DNA of 64,000 nt from Lama guanicoe. Lineage: Eukaryota. The stretch is from NCBI GenBank assembly GCA_013239625.1, contig MU056050.1:792084-856083 (forward strand), read 5' to 3'. The notes below the pieces were generated by a model. The model saw nothing but the letters and a program-made list of their open reading frames with translations. It was not told the origin of the DNA and did no database searches. Within the stretch, counting starts at the first letter, position 1. Each line of letters begins with the position of its first letter. Below are positions 37,292 to 50,069 of the stretch, in pieces. The translations under genes and the position numbers were made by a program.

Positions 37292-40200
37292 TATTCATCT
37301 GCATTTACTCATAAATTTAACCTTTCCAGTCTCCTCCTTTCTTCCTGCATTTCTGTGTTTGCATGTGGGATTGTTTTCCTTCTTGAAGAACACCCTTTTA
37401 CTATTTGTCTCAATTTGAGTCTAGGTAGTGAAAGATTTATTTTGGTTTTGGTGAACAGTTATTTTCTTTCAACACTTTGAGGTTATTCAGTTTTCTCCTG
37501 GATTCAGTTGTCTCTGTTGAGGTAAGCAGAAAGTCTGATTAATACACCAAACATTACCTATCTTTATTCTTCAGTTTTTTTTTTCATTTTTTTTTGAGAT
37601 AAAATTCACTATTTTAAGTATTTTTGAAGTGTACTATTCATTAGTTTGTAGTGTTCTGATTTCTTTTATGGCTTTATTTTTGTTTTTCATCAGTTTTAGT
37701 ATGATAATTCTCTATATATTTATAATTATTCTATTTTCTATTTGGGGTTTATAGGGCACCTTGAATCTTTCATTTTATGTTTTTCTCCAGTTTTACAATA
37801 TTCTTAATCATTATCTCCTCAACTATTACTTCTCCTACACCTTTTCTGTCTTCCCATTTTGAGACTTTGTTTCCCTCCTCTTTCTCTCCTTGTTCTTCTT
37901 TCTGCCTATTTTTTTCTGACGTGTTTTCTAATTCACTGAATTTTTCTTCAGATGTATTTAATATACTGACAAACTGAATTCCTAACTATGGTTATTGTAT
38001 TTTTAATTCTAGAATTTTTTTCTTGTTTATAGTTTCTAGTTTTTTTTCAAATATTTATAATCTTTTCATTCATTGAGAATATTTACTAAAGTAACTTAAA
38101 AAATCCATGTCTGCCATCTCCATTATCTTTATTTTCTGATGTTTCTTTTGGTTTTATATCATTATTGTCTTATTTCCTCATCTGTGTACTCATATTTGAT
38201 TTAGTGCTGGATATTGTACATAAAAATATTATAGGAAGAATTTGAGTCCTAGTATGACAGTATCTTCATAAAAAAAGGATCCTACCCTTTTAAAACTGAT
38301 GAATGGCAATGGGAACTCATAGTCCTGGATCATATTAATGCAGTTTCAGTGACTCTTAAGCATAGTCCCTGAGTGAGCTGGTCTTTTCTAATCCATCCTA
38401 TTCCTAGGACATAAACTCCTGTGGTCTCAACCTAAAGCCTTTACCAGCATGGACCCCTTCCTCCCCAGGAGACTCTGGATTTCAGTTTTTCTCCCCTAAC
38501 TTTATCAGATTTTCAAAATAATTGTTCAGTTTCTTGATCTCTCAGCTGCCTATTCCATTATGGAGGGTCCAGCTTACCTTTCTTGATTTCCTCCTTTTAT
38601 ATTTTTACAAGTTTTTACCACCCTTTTAGCTCTCCAGTGCCTTCATAGAGACTTAATTTGGTGATTTTGTAAATAGGATTGTTTTCTTTATTTTTTTTTT
38701 CAAATAACAGACTTTAAAAATATTTATACCAAGTTTTCTAGTTGTTTCAGAGGGAAAGTTGGTCTTTATTATTTCTTATTACCTAGTTCACCTTTATATA
38801 AAATAGAAATCTGCCAGTTGGTTTTAAAATGTCTTTATTTGGTCGAATAAAAAAATTTTAACCTTTTATCAGATCCTCACAGTCTTTTTGTGGGGATTTT
38901 ACTTACCCATGAAATTTCTAAGTTTAAGAGCCACTGATTAAGGGGATACAAAAGAAATGAAAGCTCCCATCCTTGTGATTAAGGAGCTTATATATAGTTA
39001 GTAAATCGTATTTACCATGGGTGAAGTTATTAGTGACTTATAAATACTGTATTTATGCAAGTCTTTGATTTGGTAGCATGACGTCCAATAGCAGTTCAGA
39101 ATTCACATAGAAGATGGGGCTAGAGTTAGGGTTTGAGAGATGGAGGTTGTCAAAGGGAGGAGAAGGGTATTTTGGGCATGAAACAACATAAACTAAGGCT
39201 TAGTCACCATTGAACTGATTTAATTCGTAACATGATGACTGAATAGTTTATCCTTTAATTCTTCTTTCCCTTGGTATGTTGTTAATACAAATGAGGCTGT
39301 GTGGAAAGCCTGGGAATTCAGTGATGCACACTGTGATACATGTGTTAATTTGATTGCCTGTGATTTCTGTAGCAGACCCAGGAGTGTAGCAAACATGCAG
39401 GTAATTGTATAAAATCTGCATGGTCCCCCAGTTGGGTGTTTCACAGTCAGCTCCACCTCAGGAGAATCTCAGCTAATCCAGCTGTTTTCTTATAATGCTT
39501 AGTTTGGGGACTCCCCTGTATTCACTCCCCTGCCTTCGTACCTGAATGAGACATTTGTGACTATACACCTAAAGCATAAAAGTAAAGATTAAGAAAGACC
39601 CACATTATGCCTCCCTATTCAGGATGCAGATTTCACCTGGCTGAAGTGACAGCTCTTTGGAGCTCAATATTTTTTCCTATGAATCTGCTAAAGATGCATG
39701 AAGCATCTTAGGCAACTCTTTAGGGCGTGGCGCCTCTATCTTTTAGGTACTCAGTGGGTCTGAATCTCTGGCAGGGTCAGGGAAGTTGATAAGGTAGTAT
39801 TGTGAGCATGAATTTAACTTCATAAACTCAGGTGTGCAAGAAATATTTTATATGTTTGCTCGATGTCAGATTTAATCTGCTTGAGCCTGCAGTTTATCAC
39901 ATTGGCTGAAAATACAGCCTTTATTATCATTGATCCTTTCTCCTATGCCCCTGCTTCCTACGTTGTGCAGTGGTCCTGGGAGACTAGCACAGAACAGGAC
40001 ATGTAGGGAGAGCTCTTTGATTTTGGTTCATACTGACCACCACTGACGTATTCCTCATCCAAGCCTGCCTACTCCTTGAACGTAAGTTCTGCCGTGGCTT
40101 CCATGGCTTTTTGCTGCGTTTTCATGGCCCAGGATTTAGCCTCTTTGGATCCCACCATGCACCTATGTTCCTCTGAGGTCCTGCCACCATCACCAGGTGC

Positions 40201-40696
40201 TGTGAGGGGGAGAACACCCAAACACAGTTCCATCCTTGGCCTTTTAGGATCTTTTCTTCTTTCACAGAGGCAAAGAGGAAAGTACAGTGACAAGTGCTCT
40301 GAAGTTTCCTTGAAACTGTCCTACTAGTAGACATCTCTTTCTTCCACTGGGTGAAAGGGGGTTTTGGGACCCTGGCAACTATGAGAAGCAAAGGGACTTT
40401 ACAGTCATCAGTTGATTTATCGATTACCTATTTGGTGTCCGGTCCTATGCAGTGAGTAAGACCCGGTCTGTGTCTTCAGGGAGGTTCTGTTCTAATGGAG
40501 GATGAAGCTGTAATAGAAAAAGGAACCCTTATTGCTACTGACCTTAGCTTCTGAGAGGGACATCTTAACCCTTAGCTCTCAAATTGCCTGTTTCAGTTGC
40601 ATTGGTAATTATGAGGCAGTCATTCTTTGGGAGTGTTTCACCTGTAACTGTGGGAATGAATGAGTGTACCTATTTTTGCACTAGGTGCTCTTGGGC

Positions 40697-40797
40697 TGTG
40701 GTCTCAAAGGATGCAACTGTGTAGCTCAGGCACTTTTCTAAAATGTGGCTTTACAAGACTTCCTGCTGCAGATAAGGACACTGACTTCTCTTATCTG
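40697..40797. promoter_or_regulatory. Candidate RUNX-ETS-GATA-GATA enhancer cluster
   Basis: TGTGGT 40697-40702, ACTTCCTG 40758-40765, CAGATAAG 40769-40776, inverted CTTATCTG 40790-40797 in non-repeat DNA. Confidence 0.35.
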
Positions 40798-42309
40798 CTT
40801 GTCCCTAGATGACTGTCTCTGGTGAGATACTAACTTTACCAGCAGGGCTAGATTGCTTTTATCCTTGAACTATATACTGCAGACACTTGAGATCAGTGCC
40901 AGGAGAGGAGAAAGGGTAAGTGTTTCTGAGGAATGGAATTGTGTAGGTGGTAGTTTTTAAAAAAAAAAAAAAACTGGGAGCTAGAGTGGTATTTAGTCAA
41001 ATATGGCTGCCACACAGCAATGAAAGAGTCTTTTGGCATCTTTTTCAAAGACTGTACACTGACATGCTTTGTACTCTGACAGTTCTTTTAGGGAAAAGTT
41101 TTAAAAATGTTTCAGCCTTTAAAAAAAAATCCCTCACCTGTTTTAGTTGTATATCACGTTTTTGTTGAGGCTTCTAGAATACTAATGATATCAGGTTTTT
41201 ATTAATTGTAAACAAGAAGCTTTGCATTCTTGGACCATACTGTTTTAATTTTCTAACCATCTGAGCAAACTTCAACTATTACTAGATAAATATCTGAATG
41301 CTTTTCTTGTCAAGTATATATTTATCCTAAAAAAAACTTGGTCCTGGAGAGAATCTTTTATGTGCAATTTTGACTTTATATTTTGTAAACTTCTATTGAT
41401 TTTTTTTCATCTCCACAGAAGCAGGATTCCTTTTCAGAGTTTTATCCCCTTTACCAAATGCAAGTACATCTAAATGGAACTTATACAGAGAGCCCTTAAA
41501 ATTGCCCTAATGACTTAGGAGCATCAGGGTTACAGGCATTCTTTTTCATTTAGGCTGAAGGGAATTAATTGTGAGGAAAAAGCATGTTAAGCCACATTCT
41601 GCCAGCAGAAGAGAGGTTAGTTTCTTAAATGTCTGTCTCCCTATCACTTGGGATCTATCTGTATGAGAGAAGGAAGGGCTGCAGGCATAATGGGGGAGGA
41701 TATACAGTAGATCGCCTGGTTTCTCGGATTTTTTTTTCCCCACTGGATGGTCTCTCTCAGATTGTTTAGCGACCCCAGGTGCTTTCTATACCTTGACAAA
41801 ACTTGGCCTTATGAAGGAATTGGAAACATTCACAGTAAAGTCTGAGTAACTTAATGCTTAACATGTCGCTATTCTAAGATATTTGCATTTGCATAAACTG
41901 ACAAAACTCAAAGCCTCTCATAGGAGATTTTCAGGCAGTGGAAAGGTTATTTTATTGGTCAGTAGTACCTTTCTGCACCCCGCCCCCAATCATCAAAATA
42001 TCCATTTGAGGTTTCCATAGCCTTTTTAAAAAATAAATTTGATTCTGACGAGTAGTATCCATGCTGAGTGGCATTTGAACTGTAGCTGACCGAGTCCCTG
42101 ACACTGTGTGTACGTGTGTGGTGGTGAAGAATGGAGACAGAAAGAGAAGAAGCAAGTCTGCCGTGTGTGTATCCCCTGTGGGCTGGATGGGTTTATATGT
42201 TGTGGAAAGATGAAAAAGCAAACATAATTCCAGGTTCTTAGAATAAGAATCTTATGACTGATGATTAAATAAGATAAGGGTGTATAATTTAGTAAACTGC
42301 ATTTGGAGT

Positions 42310-42500
42310 CATTCCAGTCTGGGATCATCCTAAATTCTCAGCTGTATATTCTTAGATGAATTCTTTACCCTCTCTAGTCTTGAATTCCTTAAATGTAAAA
42401 GGGAACTCATGCCTACCTACTGTTCAGGATGCCACAAAGAACAAATGAGATAATAGATACAAAAGCATTTTGCAAACCCAAAAGCTATACAGTGCAGTTT
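42310..42500 (+). mobile_element. MIR SINE (degraded)
   Basis: CAGCTGTATATTCTTAGATGAATT...TGTAAAAGGG...CAAATGAGATAAT. Confidence 0.6.
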
Positions 42501-42687
42501 AAAGCTGAGATGCTTGTAACACAGGATAATAGTTCCAGAGTATTCAGTTGATGTCTTTAACCTCCTTCTCCCTGCTTTTCCCTGCAACTGCATAGCCTTT
42601 CACTTCCTCAGTTGAGAAAGGTCACACCAGCTATAAAACTGGTGGCATAGCATGGTTAGACAGAAACTTAGTGCTCCTGGGGAGTCT

Positions 42688-42824
42688 AGAGGGCCCTGTG
42701 CTCAGAAGTGCCCTGTACTTGGCTCAATGCTCTGCTCTTCTTACCTTGAAATTCTTAATTTTTGAACAAGATGTCCCACATTTTCATTTTGCACTTAATT
42801 CCCCCAATTATGTAGCTGATCCTG
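42688..42824 (+). mobile_element. MER91A-like hAT-Tip100 element
   Basis: GGGCCCTGTGCTCAGAAG...TTGAAATTCTTAATTTTTGAACAAG...CATTTTCATTTTGCAC...AATTATGTAGCTGATCCTG. Confidence 0.8.
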
Positions 42825-44019
42825 CTCCTGGGCTGCTCTGTTTCTTGGTGGAGTTGTAACCAGTTGTTCCTTTATGACCCCATTGGGAGGAGCATATATG
42901 GAAGTTAACTGAGCATCTGGCTGCGGAGTTTACCAGAGGGGATTTGGTGGCAGGAGGTAAGTAGCTCTGGAGATGAGCATTGTAGGGTGGTTAGCCTGGG
43001 CTAAGGACCAGATAGATGTTAAATCAGAGCCAAACATCTGGGTATCCATTGTGCTAACAAGTGCCATGGTGTAGCCTCCCTAGCAGCAAGGGTCCTCAGG
43101 CCCTGACCACGCTGAAAGAAAACTTGGAATTCACCAGTCTGGCTTCAGCAGCAAATGTCAACAATATGAGCAGAGACAAGGCACGTTGCTACAGAGACCC
43201 AAGGGATCAGAGAGTCAGAGGATAGTTATGAGAATCTGTGCATGATTGTGAGCTTGCCTCACATTTCCTTCTGCTACAAGGTTATGTAATGGCTTCACTG
43301 GAAAAGTAGAACTTAATAAAGTGAATTCATGAAGCACTTAAGCTCTTCCAGGCTCCCTCACTGCCTGCTCAAACCTGCTTGGTGATTTCGTTCTTTCTTT
43401 GCCACTGGATGACATCTTGGCAGGTCCCAAAGCTCTTGGATAATTGAAAGTCCCTAGTCACATTTGCCCCAAGAATTGTCTCTCTTCAGTAATTAATATG
43501 TCCAGTCCTATGTAATAGTCAGTATTCTGAACTTCAAATGAAGTTAAATCTTCTTCCCTCCCTGAGAATGGTCTGTTTCAGGCTTAATTTATAGTATAAA
43601 AGGGGGCATATTTTTACCTTCTTTTCTCCTTTCCTTATGCATTTCCTTTTGCCCTGTCCCCCAGTTTGATAGCCAGTTTTTACAAACTCTTTGGGTCACA
43701 GTATGTAGAAGAATGAGAAGTAAGACATAAGAAAAGTCTTATCTGAAAAGTCTTATTGTGGTTTGACTTTAATGTATCGGTTTGGCAGGTATTTACACCT
43801 TGCTCTTGAGTTGTTGTCTTTAGTTACTTGGCGATTTCTTACCTCCATATTTTTTAAATAAAGTTAAAGTCTCTCCTCTGGATAGCTATTAAAAACTGCC
43901 CCATTTCCACCAACTCCCAACTTTGATAATGTATCTCTAACATCTTTCTGCTGAAGTTCCATTGCTCTAGGCTTAAAGGCCTCTTGGGATGGAGGATTTA
44001 AGAAAGCTGACTTCTGGTC

Positions 44020-44474
44020 TGTGGTAGGCTGAATAATGGTCTCCTAAAGATGTCAATGTCTGAAACTCTGCAACCTGTGTTATCTTACACGATAAAAGGA
44101 GGAATTTTGCAGGTATGACTGAGGATTTTGAGATGAGATTATTCTGGATTATCTGGGAGGGCCTGACAAAATCACAAGGATCTTTATAAGAGGGAAGCAG
44201 ATCAGAAGTGGGAGAAGGCAATGCAACAGTGGAAGTAGAAATTTGAGTGATGCAGCCACAAGCCAAGGGATGCCAACAGTCTCTATAAGCAGGAAGGGGC
44301 AAGGAATGGATTCTCCCCTGGAGCCCTGAGAAGGAACCAGTCCTGCCAATACCTTAACTCTGTAAGACTCATTTTGGACTTCTGACCTCCAGAACTATAA
44401 GATAATATATTTGCATTGTGGTAACCCACTGAGTTTCTGGTAATTTGTTACAGGAGCAATAGGAAAGAAATCTA
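44020..44474 (+). mobile_element. MaLR solo LTR (MLT1D/C-like)
   Basis: TGTGGTAGGCTGAATAATGG start and TAATTTGTTACAGGAGCAATAGGAAA end; 5-bp TSD TGGTC at 44015-44019 and 44475-44479. Confidence 0.9.
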
Positions 44475-46019
44475 TGGTCCGAAAGAGAGAGTGATGCATT
44501 ACGTGGGCAGGTTCTGGGAGTATGGGCCACTGTCAGTGCAGCATCCACTCTTTATTGTGAGGAGCTAGCCAGCCACAACTTCTTGCCCATTTGATTTCTA
44601 AATAAACACGAGGCTCCTGGGACCTCTAAATGACAGGGAACAAAAATAAGCTCTCTAAATGTTCTTGAAGTCCCTCTCACCTGATTCGGGGTAAGGGGAA
44701 AACACCAGCTCCCTTCTCCTATGGGGAGAAGGAGGAATAGCATTACTAGAAATCAACGACTATTTCTGAAAGGGATTGTTTCTTTCTTGTTTCCAACCTC
44801 ACCTCATCTCGCTTATGCCAGAGGTCAGTATTGACCTTAGGATTCTGAAATGGGGGTGTTGGACACCTCCTTCAAAATTCTTGCATTTATGGTTCAAGAG
44901 CCTCACTTTGGAATGGAAGCATACTTGTGAACAATTTTTTTTAATTCTTAAATTGTTTGTGGTGTGAAATTAAATAGATTGAAAGGGCCTAATTTTAGTA
45001 TCTTCTTACATTCATGAAAACCCTTTCGGAAAGCCTGGGTTCATCTTGGGGATAAGTAAGGAGATGGAGAACACATTTTAAAAACTGAATTTATGTAAAG
45101 AGACTGTACCTTAAAGAGTTAAAATTATTAAATTGGGCTAAAATGAACAAACTGAGCTAGATCTTTATCTTCTATAAAATGGGTGAGGGCTTATGAGGAA
45201 TATCTGATCAATTATAGAATAAATAAATAAGCTATACTTTCTTTATGCACCTGAGTATGAGTGGCTTTTTTTTCCTGCTACATGTTTGATTTTTGAGTAC
45301 CTCATGATTGAAATAGTCAGCGATGCTTCTTCTATGTCAGGACTATCTTAGGGATTACCTTAGTGATCACTACAGAAACTGGTCACATAAATTTAATTAA
45401 AGACCTTTATTGAGTCCTAAAAATAGAAAACTCTCAAGGTGTGGTACCTGACCCCTGCTGGAAGTAAGAAGACCCATCTGTATGTTTCTAATATTTCTAG
45501 TATATGGATAGCAGTAGTGGGATAAGACACCTCCAAAGAATAGATGTAAAAAGGAAAATTAAGAATTACACCCCTGAACCTTAGAGAGCCCAGCTTGGAG
45601 GACTCTAGGCTCTAGTCTTCATGCCCTGCTGTAGGGAGAGTTGTCTGTCAGTACATTCAGTGCTTGATTACTGCATGTAATATCTCAAGTGAGAAAAATT
45701 ATAAAAATAAATACTCAGAAACATCTGTTGGATCTGAAAAAGCACAGTGCTAATTTACATCTAGAATCATCATCAGCTGAGAAACGAATTAACAGTATGG
45801 CATGTTTAATGCATAGTATATGGCATCTTAGTTGCAAGTTCCTCATCTTCAAACAGAATATAAACTTAACTATTGCACCTATTTCTCAGATGGTAATAAA
45901 GCAAATAAAGCGTACACTTAGATCACAAGTGATTTCAGGAAGCTAACAGTATGATTTTAGTTCAGTAAAATGAGTGACCTCGTGGGTTTTGTTAGAAGTA
46001 CATGTGATATCATCCAGAA

Positions 46020-46255
46020 TGCATGGAGTAGGGGTTAGGAAACATAGGTTATAATCCCACCTTTGTCATGTGTTAGCAATTTGATTTTAGATGATTCACA
46101 ACTTTTCTGGACTTATTAATTTTCATCAATTAAATGTAGATAATTTCCCCTGCCATGTCTGTCTCATAGGGTAGTTATGAGGTTCAAATGAGGAAATATA
46201 CATGAAAGCGCTTCATGTGATGTAAAGTGCTATACAGATGAGGATTATTATGTTA
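46020..46255 (+). mobile_element. MIR SINE
   Basis: CTCATAGGGTAGTTATGAGGTTCAAATGAG...ATGAAAGCGCTT...TGTAAAGTGCTATACAGATG. Confidence 0.7.
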
Positions 46256-46719
46256 GTTTTAGAATGACTCATATATGTGTCTTTATTGAATTCCCTTTCT
46301 CTCTTGCTTTTCCTCAAAGGAATTCCCATCAGTGTCTCAAGAATAGTCTGTTTTCAGTGGGCCATCTTTAGTGTGGTCTGCTATTTTAGTTTCTCAAGAC
46401 ATTTCTTTTTGTATTTAATGAACTTCCATTTTAGGGAAGGATGGTGAGAATCTGTTCCTGCCACCTGAAATTGTTTCAAAATTTATCTGTTTTTTTTTTT
46501 TTTATTTTAAAATGACTGTATTTGCTGGCATATATCTCCCTTTTTGCATGGTCTTTTTCTCTATTCATAGTTCCAGTGATTAAAAACAAAGTTGCTTTTC
46601 TCTATACTATTTCATTCTTGGTGGAATGTTGATTGCTAGCAGCAATTAGATTGTAATCTTTGAAGAATGGGTCAGGGCAATTAAGGGATATAAACTATGT
46701 TGATTATAGTAAACCAAGT

Positions 46720-47135
46720 TGTGTTGGTCTGGATCAGCTGGATTATGCTGCAGGAACAAAGAACCAATGAAATCTCAGTGACTTCAAACATCAAAGGTTT
46801 ATTTTCTGTCTGTTCAAGCTACGCATCTATCACAGGTCTTTGGGGCTCAGCTGTGCATTGCCGTCACCCTCATTCTCTGGCTCAGGCTGATGGAGAAGCG
46901 TCTGTAGGGAACATTGTTAGTCTTTGTAGCAGAGAAAAAAAGAGACCACTGAAGTTTCTTGCAGTAACAATTCTCTGGTTCATAATCAGCATATATCACT
47001 TTTAGTAACAACTCATTGGCCGGAGCTGATAATAGAGAACCACCGAAACCACAAAGAGGCCAGGGAGTACAATCCTACTAGATGCCTGGAAGAGGAAAAA
47101 TCTAAACATTTTGACAAGTTTATCTAAATTGCTCA
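46720..47135 (-). mobile_element. Old MaLR LTR (MLT1J/K-like)
   Basis: GATTATGCTGCAG..ACAAA...AAATCTCAGTGACTT...AAGGTTTATTT; CAGGCTGATGGAG; CTCATTGGCC. Confidence 0.7.
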
Positions 47136-50069
47136 CACTTTTGTAGATCAGTGGTCTCAAAGGAGAGGAGATTGGAATCATTTGTCAGTTTTTGCTGTGG
47201 ACAGTCTTTCTGGTGTTTGGTCCATTGTTAATTTGCCTCTGAGACCTGGTTTGTAGAGTTAAATTCCCTGATAAAGTCAAAATAAGCATTCTTTCTGAAG
47301 TCTTCCTCTAGTTTTAGTGATGCCACTTGTTATTTTGATGGCAGAATTCGGTAATCTCCAGCCCTCCTAGATTTCTTTTTTTCAATGATATCAGTGAAAA
47401 AATGACATGTCTTAGGAGTGGTAAGAAAACAGGATTCCAGTTTGTTCATGTGACTGTCCATGCTAATGGTGCAAGCTCCCTATTGTTCATTCTTTCATAT
47501 CTATCTTTTGAACTAACACGCTCTTGCTCCAAGACACCAGGCTCTGCGGTAGGTGCCAAAGATAAAAAGTAGAATTAAACATGGTGTCTTTTTTTAAAGG
47601 AAATTTCTTATTTTCTAATCCATGACCCTTTTTGATAAACATAAAAATGCCATACCTTTAATGTTGTTTTAAGTTTCAAAATAAATTAATGGCTAAAAAC
47701 ATGGCAAAGAAATGACCATTTTAGAATTTCTTTTTAAAAACTACCCATATAACTCTTTCCCCAGAAAATTTTATGCTCCATGGTTAAGCTTCCTTGCTGC
47801 TCTCTATCTCGGTAGTGCTCTTTCACCTCCTCCCTCCCACCCCCGCACTCTGGGTTGAGAATCTATAGTCTAATGATATCATTTGCACTTATATCCATTG
47901 TTGGAATGGGTACTGGGGAGCTCTCGGGCTGTGTGTATGAGCGTACAATGATCTTGAGGGATATAAACACTTTGGGTGGTCAGATTCAGAACAGAAGAGA
48001 TTTTTAACTGAATTATAACACATCACATTATGAATCTTCTTCCCATTCTGTTTCTGTCTTTAGTTTATTTTCTATCTCTTCACAGTACTGGTAAACATAG
48101 TAGATGCTTCTTCTAAACTTCCTTGTTCTGTGACTAAGGGAGTTGACCTACCCTAAAACTCTTATTTGGAAGCTCAGATATTGACAGACAGGTAGCTGTG
48201 AAATGTATTACCTGCAGCAGAAGCGAATTCTCAACTATTAAAGCCTTTCTAATCTTTCATAAGGGATTCTAAAAGATGATAATAGTCTGGATATAGAAAG
48301 AGACTTTGGGGAAAAGAAGCTCAAATTCATTAATTGGCTGATTCAGAGACAGAGATACATAATCTGGGACTGCAGAACCTCCCACTGTTCCTCAGAAACA
48401 AACTGTTCCTTGGCCGTGGTGTAAAACCTTGTATTGTTCTGATTTCACCTTAATGCTTGAGGTCCTTATTCTCTGGTTTGAAATCCCCATCGCTGATCTC
48501 ATTTTGAAAATAAAGATTAGGACATTGGTTCTGCAAGACGAGTGTTAAAAATCAGAGATATTTCCTGAATATGCATCCCTTACCATATTGTTTTGAATGT
48601 CATCTTGGATGTCACAAAATGTCTGTCCCAGAAACTCCAAAGGGAAGCAAGAAGGGACAGTGGGAATGAGGGCTTCATGAGAATACCTAGGAAACTCCAC
48701 CCGTCACGTGAGCTCTGCTGATGCCATCCCCCAATTTGGACCTGGCCCCATCTTTTCCTTCATTCTGTTTTTGCCATGACCTTTCCTGGCTCCCAACTCA
48801 CCTGACTTTGTTGCTGGCTTGGTTTCCTTCCAAACTGTGCAGCCCTGCTGGTTTGCCTAAGGAATGGCCTTCCTCACCAACTCTGCAGTTTCACTCTGAT
48901 TTTTACCAAACGAGAGAAAGCCTCTCACTGGTACTTCTTGTCTTCACCTCCAGATTTCACTTTGTATAATTGCCCAAGTGAATTCCAGGGTGTAATTGCC
49001 ATGGAACATTGGTTTATTGCTTTTTAGAAATGTATTATTATCCATGTTATTATTATTTTATTTGCAGCAAAGAATGATTTTGTAAATCTAATAGTTGACT
49101 CAAATAATCTCTTTTGTAAAGGACAAAATAAATTAGATATCAGGTTTCCTTAAAGTGAGACCTTCCTGTTAGCACAGACTTTCCTGCTGTTCCTTTTTCT
49201 ACAAAGCGGTCCTTCTGTTACTGATCTGGGAAATTTCAGTGGGTTGTCTTTGGGAAATGCAAAAGGACAACAACCTAATATTCTCCTCAAAGGGTAATGC
49301 CTTCTTCAGGACATGGCCACTTTTCTTTTATACTTCAGTCAGTCAGCAGCTCTCTGCGCTATAGAATGAGACACATGTATAATTTAAAAACCATTTCTTG
49401 CATCTTAATATCAGACTTTACCAGGAAAGCAAAGTCCTATTTCTCCCCTTTCTCCATTCCTTTGCCCTTCAAAGCCAATATTCCTTCAGGCGAAATGAAC
49501 CCAGACCGTTTATTTTTGCCCCTTTTTTCTTCTCTCAGTTCTCCTGGAGGATCAGGATTAAAAAGACTACATTACTGTTTAATTTTTTGCAGTGTGTATT
49601 TCCATTCCCTAAATGCAAGGCTTTTCAGCCAGATCAGGTCATTGTCTGATGCTTTTATTTCCCTGATCACCTTTGGCCTTTCATGATTTGCCATGTGTGT
49701 AAAAATATGAAACTCAGAAAAAAATGTGGATCAAGGCCAGGCCCATCCTCTATTTGTAAGTTTTTTTTTTCCTACTATATTTTCCAGATCTTGGGAAGTT
49801 ACATTTATAAACAGTAGTAAGGTTTGAATTGAAAGTACTAAACTGACCAGGAAAAGCCCTCTGATGTGGAGTTGAGAAGAGAAGGCAAACTTGATATTGA
49901 CCATACTGAGCAAGTTCTAGGAACATCAGCTTGGAGAGGCTGTTTGTCCTATAGAATCCGTGGTGATCAGCATCCAGGATGGACCCCTTTAGACAAATAA
50001 TCTTGATGGTAAAGATATAGTTTAACATATCAGAATTTTGTTCCAATTTCTTTGTTACTAACCCATGGT

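Larger units (their letters stand above)
31540..38810 (-). mobile_element. Ancient L1 (L1M/L1ME-like) spanning ORF2 to ORF1/5' region, host of several nested insertions
   Basis: Continuous T-rich L1 antisense sequence. ORF 34337-34573(-) IYHINRIKLKKQTTILVNVEKAFD resembles the L1 RT motif IHHINR...IDAEKAFD. Confidence 0.8.
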
